Shown here piece after piece: positions 22,959-34,953 of a stretch of 64,000 nucleotides of DNA (positions are counted from its first letter, which is position 1; each line of letters opens with the position of its first letter). The stretch lies in the NCBI GenBank assembly GCA_904063045.1, contig CAJFCJ010000001.1, positions 186,001 through 250,000 on the forward strand. Direction: 5' to 3'. Both the position numbers and the translations under genes were made by a program. This DNA comes from Dimorphilus gyrociliatus (taxonomy: Eukaryota; Animalia; Annelida). The notes under the pieces are model-generated. The model did no database searches. It was not told where the DNA came from and saw only the letters and a list, made by a program, of their open reading frames with translations.

Positions 22959-25900
22959 TTTTTCTTAAGAAAAATAGGATCGTGAAATAAATCCTACCAT
23001 GGTGGCCCGTTGTATGGTTAATCTCAAGCCCGGAGGGAATATTTTGAAGGCGTTGAAATCACCCTTCGTCAATCTGTCCATCTCTCTCTAACTCTCAGCT
23101 CATGTTCTCTGAATTTTTGCCATAGCTATTTTTACGATTTCATTCTTTTAACGACGAAAAGTTAAAAAGATTACGGAAAGGGGAGAGGGGAAGATAGAGG
23201 GCAATGGAAAAATGTAAGAGGTTGGGTGGGAGGGAGAAAGCAAAGAAAGAGTTTCTTACGAACTCTTTCTTCTCCGCCCTCCTTTTCTCTTCAATAACTA
23301 TTGGAGAGGCTAAAAAAGAAGATGGGCGTTGAGCAGATTTTGCCAGCGGGAGTTTAGTTAGAAACAAAAATAAAAAAAAGATATAAAGTTGTTATTTCGG
23401 AGTAATTGATAGAAAGGTGTAGAAATATGGAAAAAAGACGTAAAACAGAGTGTCTATTTCTACATGATTTGTATTTGAGAAAAGAGGAAGAGGGCGGATA
23501 AGGCGTTCGTCATTCTCTTTATTATAAACTGAAAGAAAGTGATTGAGGGAAGGTGTTTGTGGAAAAGCTTATTCGGTGCAAAAAAGAGCATTTTAGAGAA
23601 CAAATCAGGAGAGGTATTCAATCGAAGATCATTTCCCAAATATTTTCTTTGCGCTTAGAAGCTTAAAAACTTATATACGCTCTTTATACGCGCCGCCCCG
23701 CAGCCTTTCCTAATCTATAGGCCTACTATATCTGGCCCTCTTAAGCCCTAATCACGCCTCTTCGGGGCTCCCGCATCCGCCTTAGAGTTGCAATTAGCTT
23801 GGTACACAGAAGGTGATCCTTGACTTTATGAGCAAACGCTAAAATATTGTAACAGAAAAGGTTGAGGGAAACAGTACAAGAGCGAAAAAAGACGGTACGG
23901 TGAGAAAAGCCTCTGAGCCTAAAAGAGACGCCAACAACGCTACCCGTCAAGCGTCATCATGTCACCGACGTTGGCGGAAATGTACTTTGGGTTTGTCGGA
24001 TGCTTCGAAGCTTAACGGATTGTTAATATTATTAATGCAGTCCATGCGCTTATTTTCGTTGCGCATGCAAGAATTCTATTAGGATCTTGCGACAACCCTA
24101 TTTAGGCCTACGAATATATATACGACCGGCGTTAATCCAATCTGGCGCAATCTGATTACAGGCATTTTCTGGTATTTCCTCTAATCCATGCAGTTGCAGT
24201 CTATCTAGGAATATATAAATATATAAACACTGTAAAAATATAAATATAAAACAGGTATATCGTGACGAATCGTTTTACGAATACAACTCTAGCCTTTAGA
24301 CTTTTATTTTGCAGTTGGCGCCGTTCGGTCTAGCAGGTCGCGACATTGCGGTCCGATAAGGAACAAACTTGTTATGATCTATTATGAATTGGTGTTCAGG
24401 GCAAAGAAGAAAAAGAGAAAACTGCGAAAGGTGTTAGACCGCAAAAAGTCTGCTAAGCACGTGGCCGTCGTATAGTTTTTTTTATACGTCTATGATTCGC
24501 TAATTGCTATATCAATTAACAAACATCGCCAGATCTGCACAAGCGAGCACTGCGTACGTTTACCCCTTTTCCTAATACTGTATTACTTTCTCATTTAGTT
24601 CATTTCCGTTATGAGAAAAGCCTAGTTAATAGGCCCAAGTAGAATGTATACAAACAATCGCCAATCGTGACTGCAAGGCGTGTGTAATAGAAAAAGAACA
24701 GTAACGCATGTCATAAAAGTATATACAGTTTACGCGTACGCTATGTGTAGGCAGTTTTGGGCGTGTGTATGTGTGTGTTCTTTTTCATCTTATCAGTTTT
24801 TACATTTCTTTTCACATTATTCATGTTTTTATTGAAAAAAACGGAAAAAAACAACAACTAGAGGCGATGGACCGTAAAGGGAAACCGTCGTCAAAACGGC
24901 GACGAAGCGGGAATGATAAATTGGTAGAAAACGATTTTTAAAAAATCACTCAGTATCATAAATCTCCTTTTCATTGCAGACCGCTTTATGACGGTACTTC
25001 CGACTGCCAAATCTATAGACAACCTTTTTAACTTTGCCTGAAAAAAAATCCATTTCAAATAATGTTAAAGGATAAGGAACATCGCTGAGAATTGTGCTAG
25101 TTTTCGATCAACGACACTTTCCCTTTCACTCTCGCTTATTCTTTTTAGTTCTTACTTGTCTATTTCTTTATCTTAGCAATCGTTAATACTTTTTCCTTTT
25201 TTTTGGATTAGAGATTGATATATTCTTCGGTTCGCTCATCTTTATTTTTATAAATATGAATATAGGACAAAAGGGACTTATTTTAAATCCTTTTTACTCC
25301 TCTATGATAAAAGGAGTATTAAGATAAGAAAAAAGGGCGTACTTAGTAAATTATAAAATTACTGTTTAATTATTAGGGGAATGTTGAAGATTTCTGATGT
25401 ATTAAGGCTGAAATTACACTTAATTCCAAGAGGATTTTTTACGTAAAATCAAAGGATCTCCTATTTGTTTCAAACAATTTGGAACTAGGTGGAGTTGAAA
25501 ATATTTCTATGATACAAAAATAAACTGATTATACTTTTTTTTATTAAAAAAAAGAATAAAAAAACACTTTTTATCAATTTGGTTAACTCAAATTCCCTTT
25601 TAACGAACTTTTGCAATACGGATTTCTCTTTCTAATTTTCCCTTTTAAAATTCCTTCATCCCTTGCCTATTGCCTTCGGCATTTTGTCTTTCTTACTTTA
25701 CTTCGATCGGTTTTTTGTTATGTAATTTATCGACCCTCCCTTTCAATTACTCACCAAGAGAGACATAAGCAAAATATATAAACTTTATTCGGTTTATAAA
25801 TAGAAATTCTGTTAGTAGGAACAATAGATAAACCTATTATGTTACAATGTCAAGGACTAGCTGAGAGATAGATCGGTGTTTCGTAATAATTTTCTGACGT

Positions 25901-26286
25901 CATTTTTTCGGAGCAGTAAATATTTATTTTCAACTTTGTTTTCTTTTTTTTACGAGTAACCTCATTAAGCTTTAAAATAGCGAATATTCTATCAATTACG
26001 TTTTATAAATAGCTATCTATTTTGTCGCATGACAAATTGTCACTTTAAAGAGAAAAAGATTGTCGGCAATCAATATGAAATATATATATATATATATATA
26101 TATGTGCCTTTATCGATATAAACTGCATATATATATATATATATATAGTATAGAAGATCTTAAAATATTGTCCACAAATTCTATTGATTGTATTGAAATG
26201 ATAATTCAATATGTAAAGTGTATAAAAAGGATAAATTGTATGTAAATGAATGAATAGGAGAGTTATTTGTCAGAGCCAACCCTTAC

Positions 26287-26366
26287 CTCCAGTGGATTTC
26301 CCTTTTTTGGATCCAAGTACTTCCTGCCCGGCGGAAAAGGTATGTGCGTGCAACCAACCATGCATA
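26287..26366 (-). other. Isolated 80-nt exon-like segment, candidate 5' UTR exon of DDR or of an unannotated transcript
   Basis: Minus-strand acceptor TTTCAG and strong donor GAG|GTAAGG; relatively GC-rich island in AT-rich DNA. No convincing coding signature. Confidence 0.35.
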
Positions 26367-29300
26367 CTGAAACTGAGGGCAACTAAGGAAAATTGTTTAT
26401 TTACTTTCTTTGCTTACATATATATGCATAACCAATATTGTATAAAACACACACACACAGACACAGTATGTATACATTTGACATGTATAATAAAACTAAA
26501 GGTACATATTAAATATTATATTTCGAATATTATTGAATATATACTAATCAAATACAATAACCCTTATCTCTAAACTATTTATGGAAAGCGAATCATTTCC
26601 CCTCTCTTCGCTCATGCTTTATCTCTAAAAACTGATAATTTTTTACAGCAGACGTCTCTGTTCAGTCTTACGCAATTAGATTATTGCGCAATACATTGAT
26701 AGCCTCTATATGCACGCGTTGATTGAGATATGCCAAGAACGTTATCTGACCTTTGTTTTCGTTTCATCCAATTCCATTTATATACAAACTACTATGTATG
26801 CATAATACAAATAGTCTTTTTTTATTTAAATTGTATATAAATTTAGACTAATACAAAATATTTATACTTTAAAAATTTCTATATATATAGATATATATAT
26901 ATATTTTTTCTTTGGTTTTGTATACACAGACGCGTAGGAGCAATTTGAATGTCAAGCGTTAGTTGGAAACCCCGTTCACTTTCGATTCTAATTACGCCCT
27001 AAAGGAAAGTTAACAGCATCACATTAAAACGTTTGCGAATTTCTCTCTAAACGCCCAAGAAGGCGTCGTAAACAGCAAAAATTTCGCACGTAATTATCTA
27101 ATACTCAGCGAGCATTACGAGTAATTTCGAGAATTCGTTCTTCCTAACAAAAGTTCCTTATTTTAGCTTCCTGAAAAATTCGTGTAAATAGTTAGTGTTA
27201 ATCACGTGACTCGTTTTCAAATGAAAAGAGTATGGATTTTAGACCGGAAAAGTTTCCGCAACTTATTAGCGTATAATAAAATGGAAACCTTTTTGAACCT
27301 AGTTATTTCGCAGTTGAGGGGTCGGGCGAGAAGAGGCCCAGACTTCCGGTTGACCGGCGGCAATTAACCAAAGGAAAAGGGAATCAGCGTGGGTGCACTA
27401 ATTAGAGCCAGGACCAGGCGATGTGCGCGTGTGTAACAGTTTCCTGTTGGAAGAGAAAAAGGAAAAATCGATGGAATAATAAGGGAAACGCGTGAGAGAA
27501 AAGAAAAACTAGCTAGCTCGCTAGAGAAGCAATAATGCTACAATTTATCACACTCAAGACAGGCCATCGGGTTTGAAGGAGAGTCACGACCCTCTGCCGC
27601 ATACATAAGTAGACGTGCGCACGCTTTCTCACCATTATAGGCCAGTATTGTTCGGTCGCAGAGGGACGTCTATCCGACATCTTTTCGATATAATGATAGA
27701 TGCACGTTAAGAACCCTTATTACCCTAGATTACCTATACAAAGCATCGGAGCAATTTTTCTAACGCAGATGTTCCTTTCTTATTCTTCTCTGGACCGCTG
27801 ATTTCATCTGCCATTGGTATTAAAGATTTCTCTGTTGTTGTTTTTGTTTTCTTGTTATTGTTAGACCCAATACAACAGCCGACAACTGTCCATCGTAACA
27901 CACAATCTACAGTCCCTAATCCCCCTTCGTTTTCTCAACATCCCACCACCCACACCCAAACTGCCTTACGTAAACAATTTTGCAGAACCGGTACACGGTC
28001 CGTCGATTACGTAATAAACTCGTCGCAAATAAATTTACACAACTATATAGAAAGGACTTAGGAGGGAAAATACTGCAATTTCCTTGCCTAGATTTTCTCA
28101 TGTTTGCCGGAGTTTGCCGAAAACGTGATGAAAACGACGTACAAGGATTTTTATCTTGGTCGAATATTTTTTTTTCGTTGCCCAACTGAATAAATATGTG
28201 CTTAACCAAATATAAGATAGGAAAAAAATATAGTAGCCGTCATTTCGATAACAGTATAGAAGCTGAAGACATTGAGATTGATATACAGCGACGCCCTAAC
28301 GTAGTATTAACGGTTATCTATGGCCTTTCTATTGAGACACACTCAGAACGTTCACTGAATGCACAACTACTACAGCTGCCGATAGCAAAAGTCGTTAAAA
28401 TCAAATAAGAAATGACCCAAAAAACTTTAAGGAATAGGTAATCAGAGACATTCGGCGAGTGTTGGGTCGATAATCACAGCACCGACACGTATACATATAA
28501 AACACTTACAAGCGCATATGTACAAACCGTACTTATCCTTTTTTCGATTTTCAGTCTTCTGAGATTATATATTTGGTAGGCTTAAATCTGCACTTTTCAT
28601 TCGGGATTATGTGTCCGGGATGGAATGCTAATCCCCGGACGCTTTCAAAGGAGTTAATTAAAAGGTACTTGCAGATTTAGAAACCCTATACGTCCAACAT
28701 ATAAGTCCGATTATAAGGCACACTCGTATAAAATTTGCATATTCATGACTCGTTAAGCATTGTGCACGTATAAATAAAGCCGGCTTTCGCTTCATTAAAC
28801 GTGACCGAGAACAGTAAAAGGATCGAATAATGACACTATTCTTTTCGTTACGGGGGAAAACTTGACCTCCCTCTCCTCCACTCCCAGCAGGGATATATTC
28901 ACTCTTCTCTCTTCATCTCTCCCCAGAAGAGGCATATTAAACCTTGGACTAGAGTGGACAGATGGTCGTCGAAAGAAAATGAAAAGAAAGGAGACATGAA
29001 GTACGAATCTGGAGTTCCGATGAATAACATGGAAGGAGAGAAAAGAAAGGGCGAAGGGCAGCATTAAGGGGGTGTGTAGGAGTTCTATGGACAAATTAAA
29101 AGAAAAAATAAAGCTTGCCTCCGAGAAAGCGACAGCAATTGTCCGAATTAGCGCAATTACGACTCACGCCGTCGACGTGCACGCACGTAGGGCAAACATA
29201 AACGTCGGATTACGGAGCTGCTAATTTAACGGGCAGTATGGAATGATTGCAGTTAGGCGAGTGTTTTCTTTACAACTTTCTACTTGTTTGCCTAAGAATT

Positions 29301-32174
29301 CGGCTTACGAGTTATTACAGACCTCATGATTGTCTGATAAGGTAGCCTGCACCGGCGGATATCGAGTAGGCGATGAGAGGCGGGGAGGTAAGATGGGTTT
29401 GGTAGCCTGAAGAGTTTGTACTAACTATTTCCTTTCTAACGGCTTCCATCCGCCTTTTACCCCCTCCTATTAACAAATATCCATTCAGCCTTTTATAATT
29501 CTCTACCCTCTCTCATGCGGTATAATTGAACTCGTGACTCGGACGCCGATTAGCCTAATCCCCGCTTCGGCCATTTCCCTTTCCGAATGACGTAATATAC
29601 AGAAGCGTTCAATGAAGTAAACATTTTCTCCTTCTATCCAAACCCAAAATTGTTCAACGTTTGTAAGGACGTGAGCGAGACAAAGCTAGCGTGAAAATTC
29701 TCTGTTTGCCCTACGGAACGTACGCATGCACCTGACCGGTATATACACACAAAAAACGCCAATTGGGTCGATATGTAAAGAGAACAGAAAACTAAGAATA
29801 AAGGAGTTGTGAGGTTAGACAAATTGGTGGGAAAATGAATTTTGTCGCATTTTCACATGAGGAAAGAATCATGAGGAAGTGTACAGACAGGGGAAGGAAG
29901 AAGAAAAATCTTATCGGACGCATACACGCGCGTCACCGTCATCATTATCGACCGATTATTGCCATGATTAATTGTATCGTCCATTTTTTGCGCTCTTTTC
30001 TATTACTATTTTCTATTAAGACAAGGGGTAAAGCCTTTACGCCAACACTGCATGTGCAGTAAAACGTCGAATATTATCGAACGAATAGACGCCGAGCATT
30101 GGCAAATGCAAGAAGCATGTTCGTAATTAGACGCCTTGACCGGCGAGAATGAGGCACCTGCTCGTATCAGAGGCGCTTCGAGGGGGAACGCCGACGGTGG
30201 CAAATATAATAATTTTGACGCCCGCGAAATTTCAGCTAATGAATTGAGTGTGAGTAGATGGGCGGCGTCCTCCTGTTTGAACTTCTTTATAGCGTCGCAT
30301 CTGTCATGCAAATGTTGCGTTGATTTCGACGCTTTGTAATGACATTTATTCGCGTATAAGTTCGTTAGTACAGTATTTAATTAGGAGCTTCTCGATTGTT
30401 GATCGCTTTCTTTATAAACTTCATTTGTCAGCGCCATCTGTATTAAGCAAAGTATTCACTTATTATTCGGCTCATAAAATTCTATCAACTCTTTTACAAG
30501 TACCAGTAAAATAGAAACACGAAATTTTGCAACACGATATTTTCCAATTTATAGGGCTAGATCTAAGACGTGTTGTGTATATCACGAAAAAGCACTAAAG
30601 TTTGCCTAAAGCTAAATTAACATCTATCGTGTAGTTTTTCCAACAGTTAATAGCATTTCTCTCGACAAAAATCTTATTAATTGGTTCCCTTAAATAAATG
30701 TTTGACTTGAGCAAAAGGTGGCGTTTTTCTATTTAAGAGATATGAATTAAGTCGCCATCTGTCGTCGATTTTAGAAAACGGATTAAGGATTTATTTATTC
30801 TATTATTCAATGCAATATAACAGATTAGAATGGAGGTAATTTTTTTCTATTTAGTCAATTATATTCAATAATATTTTCGTAATAAGTTTGCAAAGAGGTT
30901 ATTATTATTTTATTATCATTGCTTGTATTAGTATTATTACTATGTATTTGTATATAAAATAAGTAAAAATTTTACTATTATTCTTATGTAGTTATTATAA
31001 GAACTAGTAGTGAATAAGTCATAAGAAGGAAGCACTATGCGTAAGCAGGAGAGAATTTAATCTTTGTAATAAACTAAAAACGCCTGCGAACGCTTAAAAA
31101 AACACTTTACATCCATACCTTTATACATTTGATTATATTTCACTTTTTATACTCCTCATTAGCACTTTAAATGTTTCTCTTATAGAATTGAGAAGCAATT
31201 AATGAAAACTAACTAAAGATGAATACAAAGGATAAGATATGCGGATTAAGGAAAAGTGAGTTAGTTTTTTTTAAAAGAGAAATGAAAAAAGAAAGAAGAA
31301 TAGAGAAAAGGATATAGGAAGAGTTAAGAATGATAGAAAAAATGATAGTTGAAAACATTGATATATTTCTTATTAACTATGTTTTTCCAACGACAAAGAA
31401 ACGTATTACATCCGCAAGTGAATCACAACAAATTTTCCATAACATAACAAAGATTTTGTGATCATGCAATCTAGCATGCAGTTTGTTATAACCGCTTGAA
31501 CGATTTCTGGATTTTTCATCCGTAGACTAGAGATAATATCAATGAGATGCATAATCTAAAATGGTGACGCTTTATAGAAAGTTTTATCCATATAACCAAG
31601 TAAAGCAAAACTATTTTAGCAACTTTTTTTCTTTCTTGTCTTAATTTCCTCTTTAGTTAGTAAATTACCAAGTGCAATCACTTCATTCGTAAACAATTTA
31701 TCTACTTAAATAGACTAATTAAATTTAAACAAATGATCAATTATAGTAATAAAATATTCACATTAATAATATTATTGACAGGAAAACTGAAGTAGACGGT
31801 ACATTATGTAATTTATTAAGATTTACCCAAATTATAATCTGTTAGGCCTATAAGACATATGTATACGTGAGTATACGTATTATAATATATCACATATACG
31901 TAACGGAAATAATAAACTGCATCAGTACAACTGAACTCTGGAATAAAAGCGGAGAACGGAAGTAGCCGACTGTTCGCAAATCGAATAGCCGATGAAAGCT
32001 AGTTGCATTTTCCTGATTGTTTTATTTAGGGAGCACGAGTCCGTGTGTAGAGAAGCCGAACAACCGATGCTAATCAACTTCTCACAGCGAATTTCAAACG
32101 TTTATGTCAAGCATATTCTGATTGTTAATGGCTGCCGATGCGGGGTTTCTGTCATTTACAGCTTCGACGTCGTC

Positions 32175-32738
32175 ATGGAAGGAACGTCGCTGCTCAAATT
32201 CTCCATAAACTCTATATTGGATTTGAATGATGAAGACGGTACGACGAGTTACGATGAAGAGAAAAGTGAAGTTCAGCAGACGGATAAGACGAAAAGACAG
32301 AGAACAACTTTTTCAACGGGCCAATTGCAAGACCTGGAGCGAGCTTTTCGAAAGACTCACTACCCGGATGTGTTCATGAGAGAAAAACTCGCCGCTCGCC
32401 TCCGCTTACCTGAATCCCGTGTTCAAGTTTGGTTTCAGAATAGGCGAGCGAAGTGGCGAAAGAAGGAAAAGCACCTGTTCAATGGACCCCAATTTTGCAG
32501 TGCTATGGCTGGCCAACAGTGGACTTCCCAACAGCATAGCGGCCTACAAGCTTATCAGCAATTGTTTAGAGCTCCATTTGTATCTCCGCCTTCCGCCCTA
32601 CTACCCCTTCAAGCATTTGAACTGTTGGCGCCGTCTATTAACGACGATTTGGAAGGTACCACTCGTACCAGTTTGCAGCTGAAAGCAAGAGAACACGCCG
32701 CATCTCTGGCCTTGATGCATGTTCGAAATTCATTTTAA
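32175..32738 (+). CDS. Paired-class Q50 homeobox transcription factor, aristaless/Arx-like, intronless CDS
   Basis: eh1 motif FSINSIL; homeodomain [59 protein letters not shown]; degenerate OAR motif [10 protein letters not shown]. The ORF track starts at 31992, but the ATG at 32175 after acceptor TTTACAG (32155-32161) is the more likely start. Exact orthology (Arx, Alx or Uncx) unresolved. Confidence 0.9.
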   Translation: MEGTSLLKFSINSILDLNDEDGTTSYDEEKSEVQQTDKTKRQRTTFSTGQLQDLERAFRKTHYPDVFMREKLAARLRLPESRVQVWFQNRRAKWRKKEKHLFNGPQFCSAMAGQQWTSQQHSGLQAYQQLFRAPFVSPPSALLPLQAFELLAPSINDDLEGTTRTSLQLKAREHAASLALMHVRNSF

Positions 32739-33599
32739 AAAAAGGCGCGAAAAAAACTCTTTTCGTATTTTTCTTATTAACAAATGTCTAACAGTGTCGT
32801 GTTAACGATTTTTGAACTGAATCATAAATCCAGCTAATTGTTAAATAAAAAGTAATACAGTAAATCTATATGGGAGGTGAGTAAACACCGGTGACGAGCG
32901 TAAAAGTGCTGACAAACTGATTTTATGATTCATCTAACCGCAACAGATGGCGTTGAATATGGAATATTACGATGACGTCATAACAAACAATATTGTTCGT
33001 TAATCGTTGGCGGTTACCATATATACCAGAGCAGGTCAAAGCCGTCATTACCTGTATATATCTATAATTTGTTCATATATGTATGTAGTATATAGTTATG
33101 TAGAAATATATTTCCACAGAAGAATGACTGATTGATCATAGGCTTTTTTAGGAAGTGGGAGTGGGCTCATAAAAAAAGAAAAGAAATAGATGTTAGACCG
33201 CAAAAACGAGAAAAGCGCACCAATCGACCCACCTATCAAGCACAATATTGATATAGTTTATCAACATAAAAAAAGGAAATTCAAATTTTCATAGGAAGTC
33301 GATTTACAAAATATGTAACCGCCGTAACCGTGGACAACTAGATGGCGTGGAGGGGGAATTCCCGCCAAAAGGTTGTTTACGGCGTTTGATTGGCTAAGCT
33401 GTTATTCAGATATATGCTAATGAGGTCATTCAGTGCAATGTGATTGTACTCCCTCAATGCGCTGCAAGCCCACAAGCCTTTCAGTTTAGCTTTGGGAATT
33501 GGCAGAAGAACACCGAGGACAAGTGAAACACATCAACCGCCTGTCAAGTTACTTACCATCTCAAAACGTGATCGAAGACTGTCACCTCATTCTGCCGTA

Positions 33600-33674
33600 C
33601 GTTTGAACGAAAGATGGGGTAGTTGAAATTTTGTAATTGAAATAATCTCACTACCCATGTCTTTCACTCGAACG
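33600..33674 (-). ncRNA. mir-71: microRNA precursor mir-71 (mature 5p at 33645-33666)
   Basis: Reverse complement of 33645-33666 is TGAAAGACATGGGTAGTGAGAT, the conserved protostome miR-71-5p. The downstream arm TTTCAACTACCCCATCTTTCG pairs with it, and the basal stem extends (CGUUCGAG with UUCAAACG). Confidence 0.93.
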
Positions 33675-34641
33675 CCGGTCGTTTCTCAATTTTCTTTCAA
33701 TCTGTTGTTCCTATTGTTCGACTTACGCTATTTCAAGGTAAGTATACACGTATCTAGAGTTTAATGATTCATTCGATTCAAATTCTCTTATTCAAGCATA
33801 ATGAATATCAGAATGACGTGTTCTTATGCTGTTGGACTATTTTCTCTGAAACTTTCCTCTTATTACTGTTGATGAGGAGGATTAATTAATAATGTAAATT
33901 CATGATATGTTAATTTGTTCTGTACTATTTTTACAATTATTTGGATGATTTTAATAATACAATACTTTACAAAGTTAATCGAATCTATTTCGAAAGAAAA
34001 GGAAGGCTAAGAATAAAAAGACAGGATTCTTTGGTCTGACTCATGTAAGTTCGATATAGGCCTATTGTTTTGTTAGCAACCACCCAAATTTAATGACTCA
34101 TTATTTAGGTATGTTTTCTAGTTAAGTCGCACGGACTTTTTTCTCTTTAACGGCGTGACCTTCCGGGGACGGTCAATCCCCTTTTAGCCTAGTATCGCAG
34201 GTGCTACTAACGTAAGGCGTGCTCTTTTAAAATGCGGTCTAGAATTTGTAGGTTATAAAAACCGGACCTCGAAGAGATTACAAGGATGACTAGTATCTTT
34301 TTCTTTTATATTAAAAAATGGTTTTTGACTCATTTTTAATAGTTTTACACAAATTTATTTCCATATTTTCTCAGTTAGACGCTACTAAGGTCATCGATCC
34401 TGCCTGCGAAATAACGGCCATACCATATAGGCTAAAGTGGCAGACGTTCGAAATTGCGACACGACATTGTGCATATGGAGGTCAAGGACCCACGTGGCAC
34501 ACAAAGGAAAATATGGCGCGCGCGCGTTGACGCATGCGCGATTAGTAACGGAAGTTTATAGGCTTATGGTCAAAAGTCTTCCCTTCTAAAGTTGATCTTT
34601 TGTGACGCACTTTTCTTTTTATAGATAAAATAGAGAAATAG

Positions 34642-34953
34642 TTAAGCACTAGAAGCTTTAATATTAATAGTATAGTTATCATAATTTGTAAAATCCATAT
34701 CACTACTAAATCGTGCTGATTCTTCAATATTATAATTTACAACACTCCGTAAAGCGATCCTTGTCTTTCGTCTTGTATATAAAACATAACCAGCAAATGA
34801 AGAAAGCATTACAACAACAAAAAATAAAATAATCATTATTGGGAGTGCATACGATAATCTCAGCCAAATTTCCTCCTCGGCAGTAGGTTCAACAGAGGCA
34901 GTTGAACTTGAAGTGAATTCCGTGAACGGTGACGACATTTCTTTTGCAATCAT
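34642..34953 (-). CDS. Small single-pass membrane protein (~100 aa), no signal peptide, unknown family
   Basis: Ser/Thr-rich N-terminus (SSPFTEFTSSSTAS), TM LSYALPIMIILFFVVVMLSSFAGYVLY, basic stop-transfer TRRKTR. ATG at 34953 or 34938; minus-strand AATAAA near 34354-34359. Confidence 0.6.
   Translation of the reverse strand: MIAKEMSSPFTEFTSSSTASVEPTAEEEIWLRLSYALPIMIILFFVVVMLSSFAGYVLYTRRKTRIALRSVVNYNIEESARFSSDMDFTNYDNYTINIKASSA

Noticed and set aside
22993-23008. Perfect Kozak GCCACCATGG followed by a donor-like GTAGG on the minus strand, as an alternative DDR start
   Set aside because: Its phase 0 is incompatible with the signal-peptide exon, which has its own in-frame ATG at 21201. It may still be a UTR element.
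24432-33206. Identical 16-mer TGTTAGACCGCAAAAA at 24432 and 33191 (contains a Runx-type site)
   Set aside because: One or a few 16-mer matches are expected by chance in 64 kb of AT-rich DNA.
33415-33475. Possible second miRNA hairpin near mir-71 (ATTGCAC miR-92-like seed; ATCACA miR-2-like start)
   Set aside because: The stem is short with a large asymmetric bulge, and the sequence outside the seed matches neither family.
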